Both the position numbers and the translations under genes were made by a program. A DNA stretch of 62,699 nucleotides, counting the filler, from Sphacelaria rigidula (taxonomy: Eukaryota), in the NCBI GenBank assembly GCA_964200075.2. It is 11 parts of 11 records of this genome, joined end to end, with 100 filler letters (N's around TTAATTAATTAA, not from the genome) between each part and the next. Parts side by side here need not be neighbours in the genome. Positions count along the whole stretch, not along the records: positions 11,419 to 17,027 come from CAXNAA020025890.1; positions 17,128 to 22,736 come from CAXNAA020025891.1; positions 22,837 to 28,445 come from CAXNAA020025892.1; 8 more parts are not named here. One strand, 5' to 3'. Every line of letters starts with the position of its first letter. Position 1 is the first letter of the stretch. This document shows positions 12,420 to 24,427 of the stretch, in pieces. The notes below the pieces were generated by a model. It was not told the origin of the DNA, ran no database searches, and worked only from the letters and a program-made list of their open reading frames with translations.

Positions 12420-13295
12420 ATGGCGGACTGGAGCACTGCGGAAAGACACTCGGCCGTGGTGGGAGACACATCGTCTCCAACAGAGATGCTGGAGGTGAAA
12501 GAGAATGTCGCCAGCTTGCAAGGATCGGTGACGGATGTCACCGAGCAGCTGGCAGAGCTGAAGACGATAATGGTGTCCCAGTTAGTGCGCGGGATATCGT
12601 CCACTGGCCCCGGAGCGGCAGCGGACGAGGAGGGGGAGGCAGGCGACGGGAGGCACACCGTCGCCGGTGCCGGAACAGGGAGGGTCCGGTCACCACGCGG
12701 TGTAGGGACTGTGTCAGGCCCTCTCCGAGGATCCACGGGCGATGGATCCGCCCAAGTAAGAATGAACGAGGAGTCCCCGGCTTTCTACCCTCATCTAGGC
12801 GTGAAGAGTTGTTTTCGTGTTGATGAAAGACTCGATGAGAAGTTTGGCAGTAAGGAGAAACATTGGCCGTTGTTCCGTGATGATGATTCCCTGACACAAG
12901 TTGGTGCAGCAGTTTTCATAAGCGCCTCACGTGACAGACGGGAAGTATTTCCGTATGACACAGGAAACTGGCCAGGACCCCCGTGAAGTGGCAAGGGAAG
13001 TCGGAAAAAATATAATTCACGAATTTACAAGGGACCTCGGGAGACACGAGGGATTCGAAACCTGATGGGCGTGAAATATGGTTCTGTAAAGGAGAGGCGG
13101 TGTTGGATTTGCCGGAAGCAAACAGCACACTTCGCGCGTGACTGTCCGGAACGACATTGTATGAGATGCGGAAAAAAGGGACACTCTTTTCAGGATTGTA
13201 ATACAGGAGAAAACGAAGATACAGCGATGGCAGTAGGGTGGACAGGTAGCAGCGATTCTTCAGTATGTTCGGAAGCGGACGCAGAAGCCTTTTGA
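12420..13295 (+). pseudogene. Disrupted gag with coiled-coil N-terminus and two CCHC zinc knuckles
   Basis: ORF 13065-13295 reads CWICRKQTAHFARDC...CMRCGKKGHSFQDC; the upstream ORF from ATG 12420 is in another frame and stops at 12986. Confidence 0.7.
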
Positions 13296-15763
13296 AAAAT
13301 GATGGCATGAGACCTGTGCATGACTCAAATACCCCTTGGTTTTTATGTTTTGAGTGTTCGTGACCGTCATGCAGATAGCGATTCATGTACCCAAGGAAAG
13401 GTTGTTGCTCAGGTGGATCGAGATGTTGACATCTCTGGACGATGCTGAGACCATACTTTTGATATGGACACCGAAACTCAGTGTTGATGCTTGACGAATA
13501 TTCTGTCTGGATGAGTGCAGACTTGCTTGCGTTCTTCTTTGACTCGATTGATGAATAGAAAATCGTCTGCCGTTTTTGCAAGTGTGAGGAGAGCGGGGCA
13601 CCGCGACTTGACTTGACTGTGGAACGGTGTCGGAAATATTGCACAGAGTGAAGTGCGTGAAGAGTTTTGAGAACATGTTTTGACATGGATGCCGAAACTC
13701 AACGCTTACGTGTAATATTGTTGCCACCCCGATGAGCGCAGGACTGTGGGGCACCACACCCTTACTCGATCGGTTGAGGTGGAACCTTGTTCGTCGCCTT
13801 GGTGAGTACAGACACGTGGGGCACCATGGTCTGACTAGACTAGAGGATATGCGGATGAATGATGGTCGAGACCACAACATTTGAGGTGGGATCCGAAATT
13901 CGACATCTAAGTGAAAAAGTTGCTATCATTCCGAGAGGTGTAGGATTCGCGAGGCATCGGCTTCTTGACTGGATTATTGATAAGACTTCGTTGTTACGGC
14001 AGGAGCAAGGACTGAGTATAGCGCAATACTAGTAGCTTGGCCTGATCATGATAANNNNNNNNNNTGACTGTGGGCACAAATGAAATTCCTGTGCTACAGG
14101 TCAGCAAAACGCATGTGACCCATATTTGATGGCTAATAGATAGAGCTGACGTTATGTGCGAGATGCGGTTCATCTGCACAGCATGATAAAAGAAGAGTGC
14201 ATTGTATCACCCATATGGGAGCTGGTCGTTGATCGGCTGGCTGGCCAGGCGAATTCGATACAGGTTTACACATGTTGCCACGGCATGTAAAAGGCAAAGT
14301 GTACTGTTTCATGCAACCAGGATGGTAGCGGCCGAACTGCCGTTTGATCCATGTGTGGTATGTGAACGAGAAGTGAAGAGTTGAAATAGTAGTGCTGGAT
14401 CCACGAAAAATATGTGGGTGTGCGCTCACGACTGCCGTAACGCGACACCACAGTACGGTACGTGGTGAGAGTATCTTCATCGGTTGGTGATTGACGCGCG
14501 TGAGTAACATGGATATTAATACTTTTCCTTTCAGTTGCCCTACTGCCCATTCCCCTCGGGTCTGCACGATATGTATGTGAGACGCTGAGCCTCCAAAAGC
14601 CATCTTTGTCCGACAAAGGTGCTGTCTGTACGGCTGAGCACGAGGTGACGGTTGGTTTTGGAGGGCGGTGACCGATCAGAATCAAGATCAACCCCTCGCT
14701 GCAAATCTCCCCGCTACGGGGGAAGGATAATGAATGCAGCACTCCTTTCCCGTGGCGTAGAAGCGGTGGGGGGAAGACTTTGATTAGCAAGAATTGGGGC
14801 GAGGCTAATGCTGATCGTGTGTTTTGTCTGGTGGCGTTGAGCTGCTTTGCTCCGTCGGTCACTGAGGGGGAATAAGGGATTAAGTAGATGTAGTGAGTGT
14901 CTAGTTGGGTTTGATGACGTGGGCACTACTGTAGTATGGATTGCTGAATTTGAATTTTTGAAACTTGGTTCTTGTACTGTAGGCAGCTGACTGACTGTGA
15001 AGTGAATTTTGCAACATGTGATCCGAGTTTCGAAAGTTGTCAACTGCACTGTGTTGTCTGGGTTCATATATGTTACCTAGGAGCTTGGTCTCGCGTGCGT
15101 AGTGCAGGTTACTCGAATGCTAAGTACGACCACCCACGCTATTGTAAGGGGCATGGGCCAGTACAGTTGAAGAATTTGACTTGCATTTTGCTTGGATTGA
15201 CCGTCAAGAGCTACAGTATGATGAAACACACGGCTCATCCATCCTTGTTTATTTTGTCTTGATGTGAAAAGAAATGTACCGATGTATTTGATTCTTGGCT
15301 GGTCCCATAGCCGTTGAAAGAAGTGACGAGTTGCGGGATTTACGGTGGTTTTACGGTTGCTGATGAAATTCATTTCTTGAGAGGATTCACCTGTTGAATG
15401 CGCCGTGAGCGGAAGAGTTCTCTACGGTTGCTGATGCAATTCTTTTCTTGACGGAATATACCTGTTGCAATCGCCGTGAGCGGAAGAGTTCTTTTTCCGG
15501 TGGGTAGTTCTGTTCACTGAGTATGATCTTTGAATCTTCCTGTTTGACACCCGGTCAATGGGGGGGTGTTCGTAGGATTGCCTGTGGTGGTCAGTAAGAT
15601 ACACCTTGTCGGGAAAAGGTACAATAGGCATACCTGTTTTGAGTTCCGGGTACTACGCGGGATGACTTTATATTGTGATGTTGGCGACTAGACATACGTG
15701 AGTGGTGCTTGTCAATTCTTGAGACTTTGGCGCCTACTGAGCCCACTCCCTTTCCTTCCCTCC

Positions 15764-15871
15764 ACGGGTGGCCACTGGGGTGCCTACAACGTCAAATTTG
15801 GACGTTACAGACCTTGTGCAAGATCTGTAACGTCCAAATTTGAGGTTGCAGGCACCCCAGTGGCCACCCGT
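15764..15871. mobile_element. 108-bp foldback (palindromic) MITE inserted in the 3' LTR
   Basis: 53-bp arms with 3 mismatches and a 2-nt loop; absent from the 5' LTR at the equivalent position. Confidence 0.9.
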
Positions 15872-16006
15872 ATCTTCATCAACAAAGCTTTATATACATT
15901 TCTACCTCATCTTGATCGGCAGTCAGTCGTGTCCATTGATCGACTATCTGAGTCGAGTCTGTACCCCATCCTCTCACGGGGTCACGAAGCTACAAACACT
16001 CAAACA

Positions 16007-16037
<31 letters not shown>

Positions 16038-17514
16038 AGCCTCATCCCCCCTATTTTCNNNNNNNNNNTTAACCTCCAGCCGAGTCGCTATCTCCCCCCC
16101 CCCCCCCCCCGGGTCCACAAACTAAAAACACTTAAACACCCCCCCCCCCCCCCCCCTCTTTCGTAGGATCACTTGTTCTTTCATTTGCTGCACTGTGCTG
16201 GAGATATATTTTGATAGTCGGGCGTTCGGCCACTACCCGCGATTTACACGACGAAGACCTTGTGCCGACATTCCAGGCCGTGATCCCTCGCAAAGTCAGC
16301 CGTGCACAGGCGGTGAAGGAAAATAACTGACTACGACCGGCTCGGCTAGCCGTCAACCCTGGTGACGCCCAGGATTCATCCGTACCCACGATCGCCGACC
16401 GACTACAAGACAGAAATGGAATGAATCGCCCGCTCTGAGGAAATCTACGCCAAACTTTGGCAAGGACACTTCACACGGTACCAATATCTTTTGTCAAGAG
16501 CAGGGGTGCCCCCGAAACAAAACCCGAGACCCTATGTATCCTTCCCCCCCCCCCTCCGGCGGTCGTAGGACATGTTTTTTTCACATGAAGAAACACTCAA
16601 TAAACAGCCATTTGGGGGCAACTTGGGTGAGGTAGCACCCATGATTATTGTCCCTATCTGCCACCACGAGATGCGACACACATTGGACGAAAATTGGCGG
16701 TGCAGATAGATACCTTTAGCTTGATTGAGCAAGCATTGCAGAGCATTGTGGTATCCGCGTGGTCTTGATCTAGTCCTGGAAGTGTGATGTGCAATGTCTT
16801 GCCGAAACTAAAAAATATTACTTGGCCTTGACTCCGAGGGTATGCAAAGAATTAAAGCTCCATTCATACAACAAATTATTTTCGATTTACTTTCGATTTG
16901 GAGCTTCTCTTTTTTTTCATGTTCGAGATTTAGTAACCCCCTTCCCCCCCACCTGACCGGCGAAAACCCGACGTGCTCCGTCCCGGCTTCGTAGGGATGC
17001 GAGGTCAATGGTCTGATGACTATGGCANNNNNNNNNNNNNNNNNNNNNNNNNNNNNNNNNNNNNNNNNNNNTTAATTAATTAANNNNNNNNNNNNNNNNN
17101 NNNNNNNNNNNNNNNNNNNNNNNNNNNCCCCCCCCCCCCCCGGCGCCCGCCGCCCAGAGGGGGCGGGTGCTTATTCTCCAACGCGAAGGGCAAAAAACAA
17201 AAAGCCCCCCCCCCCCCCCCCCCCCCCCCGGACATGGACATGGTATAACGAAGCTGACCATTTTGCCTTTGCAGTACTAGAACACAGGCCATATGTAGAC
17301 ATGACATGACGCAGCGAACCATTTTTCTTTACAGCACTAGTTAAAACACAGACACCCCGGTATGTCAAACCCACATGTAGGTTGGGTCCTGTAATGAGGT
17401 ACCCGGAAAACATTTCGACTTCCGTTGGGCGGTGGAACTCTGGCCAGACATTATTCTAAAATCCCCGAAATTAGGTGCACAGGCGTCACATGAAGGGAAG
17501 GGGTCGGTCGGATC

Positions 17515-17515
17515 G

Positions 17516-17576
<61 letters not shown>
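17515..17576. repeat. (GTT)n microsatellite
   Basis: About 20 GTT units. Confidence 0.95.
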
Positions 17577-18204
17577 CTTTACATTAAAAAACCGTTCCGA
17601 TATCTGCGCGGTACATTCGTACTGGGCATCTGATGCGGACGCCTTCCGTGGTCACAGGCCAGCAAAAACAAAATACAACAAAAATAAAAATAGACCCAGA
17701 TTAAAACTCGCAAAACGCGACAGAAGCAAAAACAGGGATAAATGATAGAACAAAAAGAAAGAGAATACATGTGGCTAACCTCAGAAGATCCGGTGATCAT
17801 GCATGACAAAAATGTCAAGACCCACTGCACTCATAAAACAAACACCTTGCCAATGACCGAGCACATGGCCGGTAAAAGAAGCACCAAGCGGTACGCACTA
17901 CAAATGTAGATATCTTGAGATCTTGAAGCATAGAAGCTAGAACAAATTGTGGGGGACTCGTTGGCCAAGCTTTCGGCAGTGAAGATCCACGCGGGAGCAT
18001 TCGAGGAGTAGCGATCCATGGTGAACCGTACATGGAAGAGAAGAGGAAGTACTGTACGGGATATTCTGATGTGTGAGTAAGATTTGTGTTATGCAAACTG
18101 TCCTTCAACCTTACACGGTGAAAATGATCTCCCTGGAGCGACGTAATCAGTGCAGAAGCGGGGGGAAAAGGTAAATAATACGAGCTTCGGACGCCTGGAT
18201 GGTT

Positions 18205-21200
18205 TACCATGCAGATTACCTGGCACAAACACGAGATACCTATGTCAAGGGTGTACTGAACTTGGCTTCAGGCGCTGAGCCCGTGTTTAGAGATATTATT
18301 TAGTGTCCGTGAGCCAGTAAAATAAGTAAAAGACACTAGACCCCCAACAAGTACTAGGCTTGGGATATCCCAGTACCTTCATTACGCCACACTTCACTAC
18401 AGTATTCAAATTACATGCGCTGGAGATACTCTCGAAAGAGCTCGAGCTCGAGAGAGACGGGAAGCAACAGTGGATGAAGAAACAAAGAGTGGACGGGCAA
18501 AGTACTGTTGTAGTAGTGCTGGGATTTGGAGTCCCTAGCGGTATGACGAGAAATAGAGGTCAAGAGGAAATGCGATGAAGTGGGACAACACGGTTTGGCT
18601 ACAGGGAAAGTAGAGAGGGAGAACACTTCTAAGGCACGCTGAAACAGAGACCGAGCAAGTAGTGGGTGAGGATAGAGACAAGAAAAGTATCGGCACGAGT
18701 TTAGAGGGTAGGATGGGGAGTATCTATAGCCATGGGAAATGCGAACCGGAATCGAAACCCTCGGGTAGATGGGGGTAAGGGACAGCGGGAGCAAGTAAAT
18801 GCCCTGACGGAGAAGGGGAGGGGAAATGGAGACCCAAAGCAAACGGAAAAGGACGAAATCAGAAGTGGAGAGAAAATTCAAGCAAAGGAGAATATAATTT
18901 AAAAAAAAAAAGGATGGAGAGAGAACAATACGCGACAGGAAAGTGGATGGTGATTCGAAAAGGAAGCTGAGGATAGGATCGTGGAGCGTGTGCGGATTCA
19001 CCACGGAAGAGCGCAAAATAATAGAGATAGACGAACAAGTGAGCACGCACGACCTAGATGTGGTGAGAATCCAAGAGCCAGGGGAGAAAGACGGGGCAGA
19101 AAATAGCATGCAAAATTGGAGAGCACGCATGGATAAGGAAAGGGAGGAGAGCGGCGAACGGAAGTGTTTTTTTGTACGAAAAAATTATATTCCCCCCGAG
19201 TCCAAGCGTACGGTAACGTATATTCAGAGAAACTTCGGAGAAATAGCAGCAGATGTACAAAAATATTCAAGGCAAGGATAAGTAATGCTAATACTAATAG
19301 GATATTTTAACGCAAGGATTAGAAAAGCAAGCTGACCGACTGATAACAGTGGGCAACACCAGGAAACGAAGAATACGAATGGGGTAGAGATGTTGGAGTT
19401 CCTTGAGAATAACGAGTCGAAGAGGTTGAGCAATACAGTAAAAACAAAACAGGTTCGCAATGGACTAGGCAATGCATACAAAAGACAGAAAGCGTGATTC
19501 TTGACCGTGTAGTGGTAGAATATGGAAGTAGTCGGAGATGAAAGTGCAAGAACGTGCAGCTGACGTGGGAACTACGGATTATTACCTAATTTGGACAGAC
19601 AGTCAACAGACGAGATATGTAAAGTATGAGCGAGGCAGGAAGCTATGTCAATGGAAAATAGATTAAGTATAATAGATATAAAAAAGATGGACAAAAATGC
19701 AGTAACACTTCCTGGGTTTGTTGGGTACAGCTGACACCGAAATATAAAGGGACCGGTCGGGAGTGAAGAGCGACTGGTCACAACCACAGGAAGTAAGGTC
19801 ACAGGGAACGAACTGATCGTGTACAACAGAGCAGTAAATTGGTGGGATGAGGAAATAAGAGGGGCCAACGCAAGATATGCACCGAGTAAAAAACTACAGT
19901 AGGGTGTACTCATAATCATGCATGCCGTAGTCATCAGACCATTGACCTCGTATCCCTACAAAGCCGGGACGGAGCACGCCGGGCAGGGAGGGAGGCGTAT
20001 GCTAAAGCGAGAAAAGAGGTGAAAAATAAAAATATGGTAGAGAGGGAAGATAAGGGAGTAGGAAAAGATGTACAAATAAAGACTTTGATGACGGGATGAA
20101 GCAAATGTGGGTAGGCCTGGGCAAGCAGGCAGCGAGAGGCTAGACAAGGGAATAGCCACCCTGTCGGCACAGAGCGGTAAAATGATCGACAGTGTGAGGG
20201 GGAAGAGAGAAGTACGACTAGAGCACTACCGAAAACTAGGAACACCAACAACTAACAAAAAGTTCAACGCAGAATTCGAAAAAGACACCAACGCGTGAGC
20301 AGAGGAAAATGTAGAGGCATAAAAACGGGAGGATAATGTGTGTTGTGTGTTGTCGTCCCATCCATTCTGGACGCCGGTCTACACCTTTCGGTATATGTGG
20401 GCGCATCAGCCGGGGTCACACACAGGAGGAAGGTCAACACAGGAGCTTTTTCTTTGATATTTGTTTCTAGTACCCCATTTTCCTTCTGCGGTGCTTGCCT
20501 TTATATTTTATCGCGAGAAGGGTTCAGCAGCCCCTTTCCCTCGTCGATCATTAAGCCGAATTTTGTGTACCCACGACATAGTCGCTCTCCCATATTGGCC
20601 CACAAGAATTGCAGACAGAGACAGAGACAGAGACAGACAGAGAGTTCACAAGAGAGGAAGAGAAGGAGTGTATGGCTAAAACCAAGAACAGAAACGCAGA
20701 AGGGGCAGACGAAATAGTGGATGAATTCACGAGAGACGGATGCGAGAGAGAGAGAGAGAAAATATTACCACGCCGGTGATGTTGAACAATTGGATCTGGA
20801 AAAACGAGTACACAGCCAAGAGGTGAAGAGAAGGGGGAGTAGGCAACCTCTACAAAAAAGAAAGCAAGGCTGCCCCAGGGCATTATAGAGGCATTATAGA
20901 GGGATAACGCTACTGAGCACGGTTGGGAAAACACTCTGCAAGATTCTGCCCGATAGAGTAGGAGCGATGCTGGAGAAGGAAGAAAAAACCGGCGAGGCGC
21001 AAGCAGGGTTTAGACCGAAGCGTAGCTGCATAGACTGTGTGTACGCATTGAGTAAGACTATTCAAGATTGCAAAGACGAGGGGTTAACAGCGTACTGTTT
21101 TTTTTTTTACGTACAGAAGGCCTATGACAGTATGGAGAAATGGGCTGTGGAAAAAGACGCGGGAAACTGGGATCAGAGGCAAGATGTGGAGAGAGAGTGG

Positions 21201-22712
21201 TGGAATACATGACAGAATATCGGAATATATATTTTTTTCGACAAGAGTGTACGTTTTCACCCTTTTTTAAAGGTATGTATTAATGGCACCATAACAATAG
21301 CAGCATAAGCAGCAAAGCAAGGAATTAAGGTGAGGAACGGCACGGTATCGGGAATGATGTTCGCGGATGATTTCGTGGGGATATCAGAAACACCAGATTC
21401 ATTGCAGAAACACCCGAAGGACTGCAGAAACAGATATAGAAGACGATACAATCAACTAGGAGACGGAGAGTGACAGCAAATGTAACTAAATTGCGGAGAT
21501 TAGGAGAAACCAATAGTGTTCGAATTGAAAGTGGCGAAAAGAGGAGTTTCTGATCGTAGACCAGTATACATACCTTGGCGTAGGGATGCACCCATAACCG
21601 AAGCAATGGGTACAGGTGGGCAGGGTGGACATGATCCCCAGAGACTTGCGCCTCGACTTTAGGATCAAGAGACGTATTATAATGAATGTGATTGCGCCCA
21701 AGCTAGAAAATGCAGGAGAAGCAAGAGAAGGGAACGCGGTGTTGAAGAAGCTGGAAACAGTACAGATGACAGTAGCTACGAAAATACTTCGGGTGCTCAA
21801 AAACGACGAGGATTCGAGTATTGAGAGCAGAATTAGAAACTTTCCCGGTTTAAGCGAATAGAAACGTGGTACAATCGAAATGAAATATATATATATATAT
21901 ATATGTATGATACAAGGAACATGTCAAGAAAGACTACCAGCCATAGTTGATGGCGCTGTATGGAAGAAATTAACGAACGGGCGGGCTGAAACAAGGTAAG
22001 ATAGCGCGGTCGAGAAAATGGAAGGACATAGCAGGAAACCAAGACGAAATAGTATCCATAAATGAATGTGGGGTGTACAAAACAAAAGTAAGAGACATTG
22101 TAGAAATAACGGGAATACAAGTAAGTGCTAAGACGGAAAGAGGACGAGGAAGAGCACCTGAAGATGTACGGGAGGTTGAGAGAAGGGATGAGGATGAAAA
22201 CATACCTACACGGCCCAATGAAATACGCGAAAAAGTTTGAAAGTGCGATTTCGGGTGGGGGACCTGGGCCTGCCGGGAAGAAGAAAGAGGCACACCACTA
22301 GTTAGGTGGAGGAGGAAGCAGGTGCACGAATTGCCTCTGTGGCAAAGTAATAGCGAGTGAACTTCATATAGTTAGGGAAAGTGGACTATATACAAGGAGG
22401 AACGGGACGTGTTAGAGGGGTAAATCTTGGAAGTAAAACGAAGGTGACATGAAATCACTTGGTACATCAGACAGCAGAGAGAAAACGCTCGCTGTACTAG
22501 AAGATATATGGTGGCCACACACGGCGAAACAGGAAGGAGGAAACGATATGCGAAATGTTTTTGTGTAATGTGTAGAATAAACGATATGAGCGCCCAAGTA
22601 AATGTTGGAGGTGCCTCTTTCACGAGTGGGAACGGTGCTCCGTCTCGAAAGGGATGCATGGTCAATGGTCAAATGACTAAGGCAAGCAGCAGATGAGTAC
22701 CCCCCCCCCCCC
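18205..22712 (+). mobile_element. Near full-length decayed non-LTR retrotransposon (APE endonuclease + RT) ending in poly(C)
   Basis: APE start LRIGSWSVCG..DVVRIQE (18943); RT motifs EAQAGFRPKRSCID..VQKAYDS (20967) and GMMFADDFVG (~21350); many stops and frameshifts; 3' end ATGAGTAC(C)n. 5' boundary approximate. Confidence 0.9.
20337..20590 (-). mobile_element. tRNA-SINE family 3' part nested inside the LINE
   Basis: Homologous to 34900-35274; CA-rich tail on the minus strand. Confidence 0.8.
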
Positions 22713-22944
22713 AACCACCGTCGTGTCGCGAAAGAGNNNNNNNNNNNNNNNNNNNNNNNNNNNNNNNNNNNNNNNNNNNNTTAATTAATTAANNNNNNNN
22801 NNNNNNNNNNNNNNNNNNNNNNNNNNNNNNNNNNNNGGGAAATACCTTCCGTTTGTGCTACTGTTTGTTATTTTCCCAACGGAAGCGATTTGCGGGTTGA
22901 ACCTCATTTTATAGTTCAACCCCAAAAATTAGGATCGGCTGTTA

Positions 22945-24142
22945 TGTAGCGTTGTCAATACACGCTGTCGGCATTTCATACACATTACGCCATGTCACAC
23001 ACATTGGTACCTTTGTGGAAAGTAATGTGAAACTCGCGGCAGTGCTACCCACGGCCCAACAGCTGCGCATGCTGTTTCCTTGGCTTCGCGTGCATATTCT
23101 TTACGCATATATTGCCCCGTTCATTTTTCTGTCTGTACTTGTTGTATGGAATCATGGATCCCTCTTCTTTGCCTCGTTAATGGGACAAATCTTATTCTCG
23201 AATTCAGTGCTCGACACGGAACGAGTCGATTCACGACAAGCGTGACAAGACCAGAGCATGCTCTTATTTTCATGTACTCAGTGCTTCCAACCTGTACGAA
23301 CCTCACCTTTCATAACGTTCACCCCACACCCTTGTCCTGGGTATGTATTTCATCGTCATGAGAGAAACGGCGCTAAATGCGATGGCGACTGTTCACCCCC
23401 CACCAGGCCACGCCGGAACGCGGACGCACGGTAGATCGATGACGGTGAGTCTCCGCGTTGAATACCAGATAGTAGTGCTTTCCTTGGTTCGATGATTCCT
23501 GTACGTCTTTTGCTCACATGACAAGACTAACGGTTGGGTGTGACTGAACATCGCGCATTTTTCTCATATTGGCCAGGGCGGTGATAATCGATTGTGTGTT
23601 CTACTATTCCCCAGTTAGGTATTTACATTTACTCTCTATCATATGCTCTTGCCTTGCCCTGACCTGTCAGGACATATGCGGGAGCCCGACCTATCAGTCA
23701 ACCTGTTTGTGCACTTGGCCCTTGACACCCAGCGTACCATACTGGTGCTTATACCTGATGATATGTTGCATTGTAGAGTGCTCTTGCGAGCCGTGCGTAT
23801 ATTTTGCTGGCAGTTCTTCCGCTGACATGTGTGCACCGCCCCGCCCTGTGGGGCGCTGCATTTTCCTACCCGTACAAGTTGATTCTTGGAGAACGTCTTT
23901 CGTACCTTGGCGTTCCTCCCTCACTAGGGTCTGGAGACTTCAAGACAGCTGTTATTCATAAACACACAGCCTTCGTTATCGGAAGTAACCACATACGTGA
24001 AGCATGTGATGTTCAAATCCACATAGTCTGCCGATTAGACCCGCAAGTCCGTCAACCAATAGAAAACGCCTACAGCAGATTGTTCCACTTGTAGATCATC
24101 ATGAACCTGCACGTACATGTACTGGAGGTGGACTACTCTACA
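22945..24142 (-). mobile_element. 3' LTR (~1.2 kb) of the Ty3/Gypsy element
   Basis: TGTAG...CTACA termini; preceded on the minus strand by a G-rich PPT-like tract; lies downstream of the pol stop. No second LTR is available for confirmation. Confidence 0.7.
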
Positions 24143-24427
24143 GCACCCCCCAAAACTCCGCACTACTCGAAGTAGAACGCGAGTTTGACAAAACAGTAGA
24201 CGCCGACTATTTGTCCCCCCGGTAGTGACACACGACCTTGTACTGTCATGTTCCACAAAAACAAACGTGCACAACCTTGAACATCGACACTCAACGACAG
24301 TGTCTCAAGCGAACTCAGAGAAGTCAACCATTCTCCAACGGTAATTTCCACGTAAGCAGTCTCACACAAAGCAAAGGTGTCAAGTATAGTACCATCTTAA
24401 CCAGTAGCATTCGATATCATCATATTT

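Larger units (their letters stand above)
12013..16006 (+). mobile_element. Non-autonomous LTR retroelement (gag remnant, no recognisable pol)
   Basis: LTRs at 12013-12373 and 15567-16006 (TGTT...AACA); G-rich PPT just before the 3' LTR; zinc-knuckle gag remnant. Confidence 0.85.

Noticed and set aside
16069..16140. Apparent third partial LTR copy
   Set aside because: C-biased garbled version of the LTR end next to a 10-N gap and homopolymer; typical low-quality read tail.
17005..17027. Hammerhead ribozyme core (CTGATGA) in the type-B tail
   Set aside because: Most copies read CAAATGA at this position and no correctly placed GAAA/stems were found.
18411..19130. Hydrophobic minus-strand ORFs (also 28490-29122, and plus-strand 50630-51136)
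   Set aside because: Antisense shadows of purine-rich LINE coding strands.
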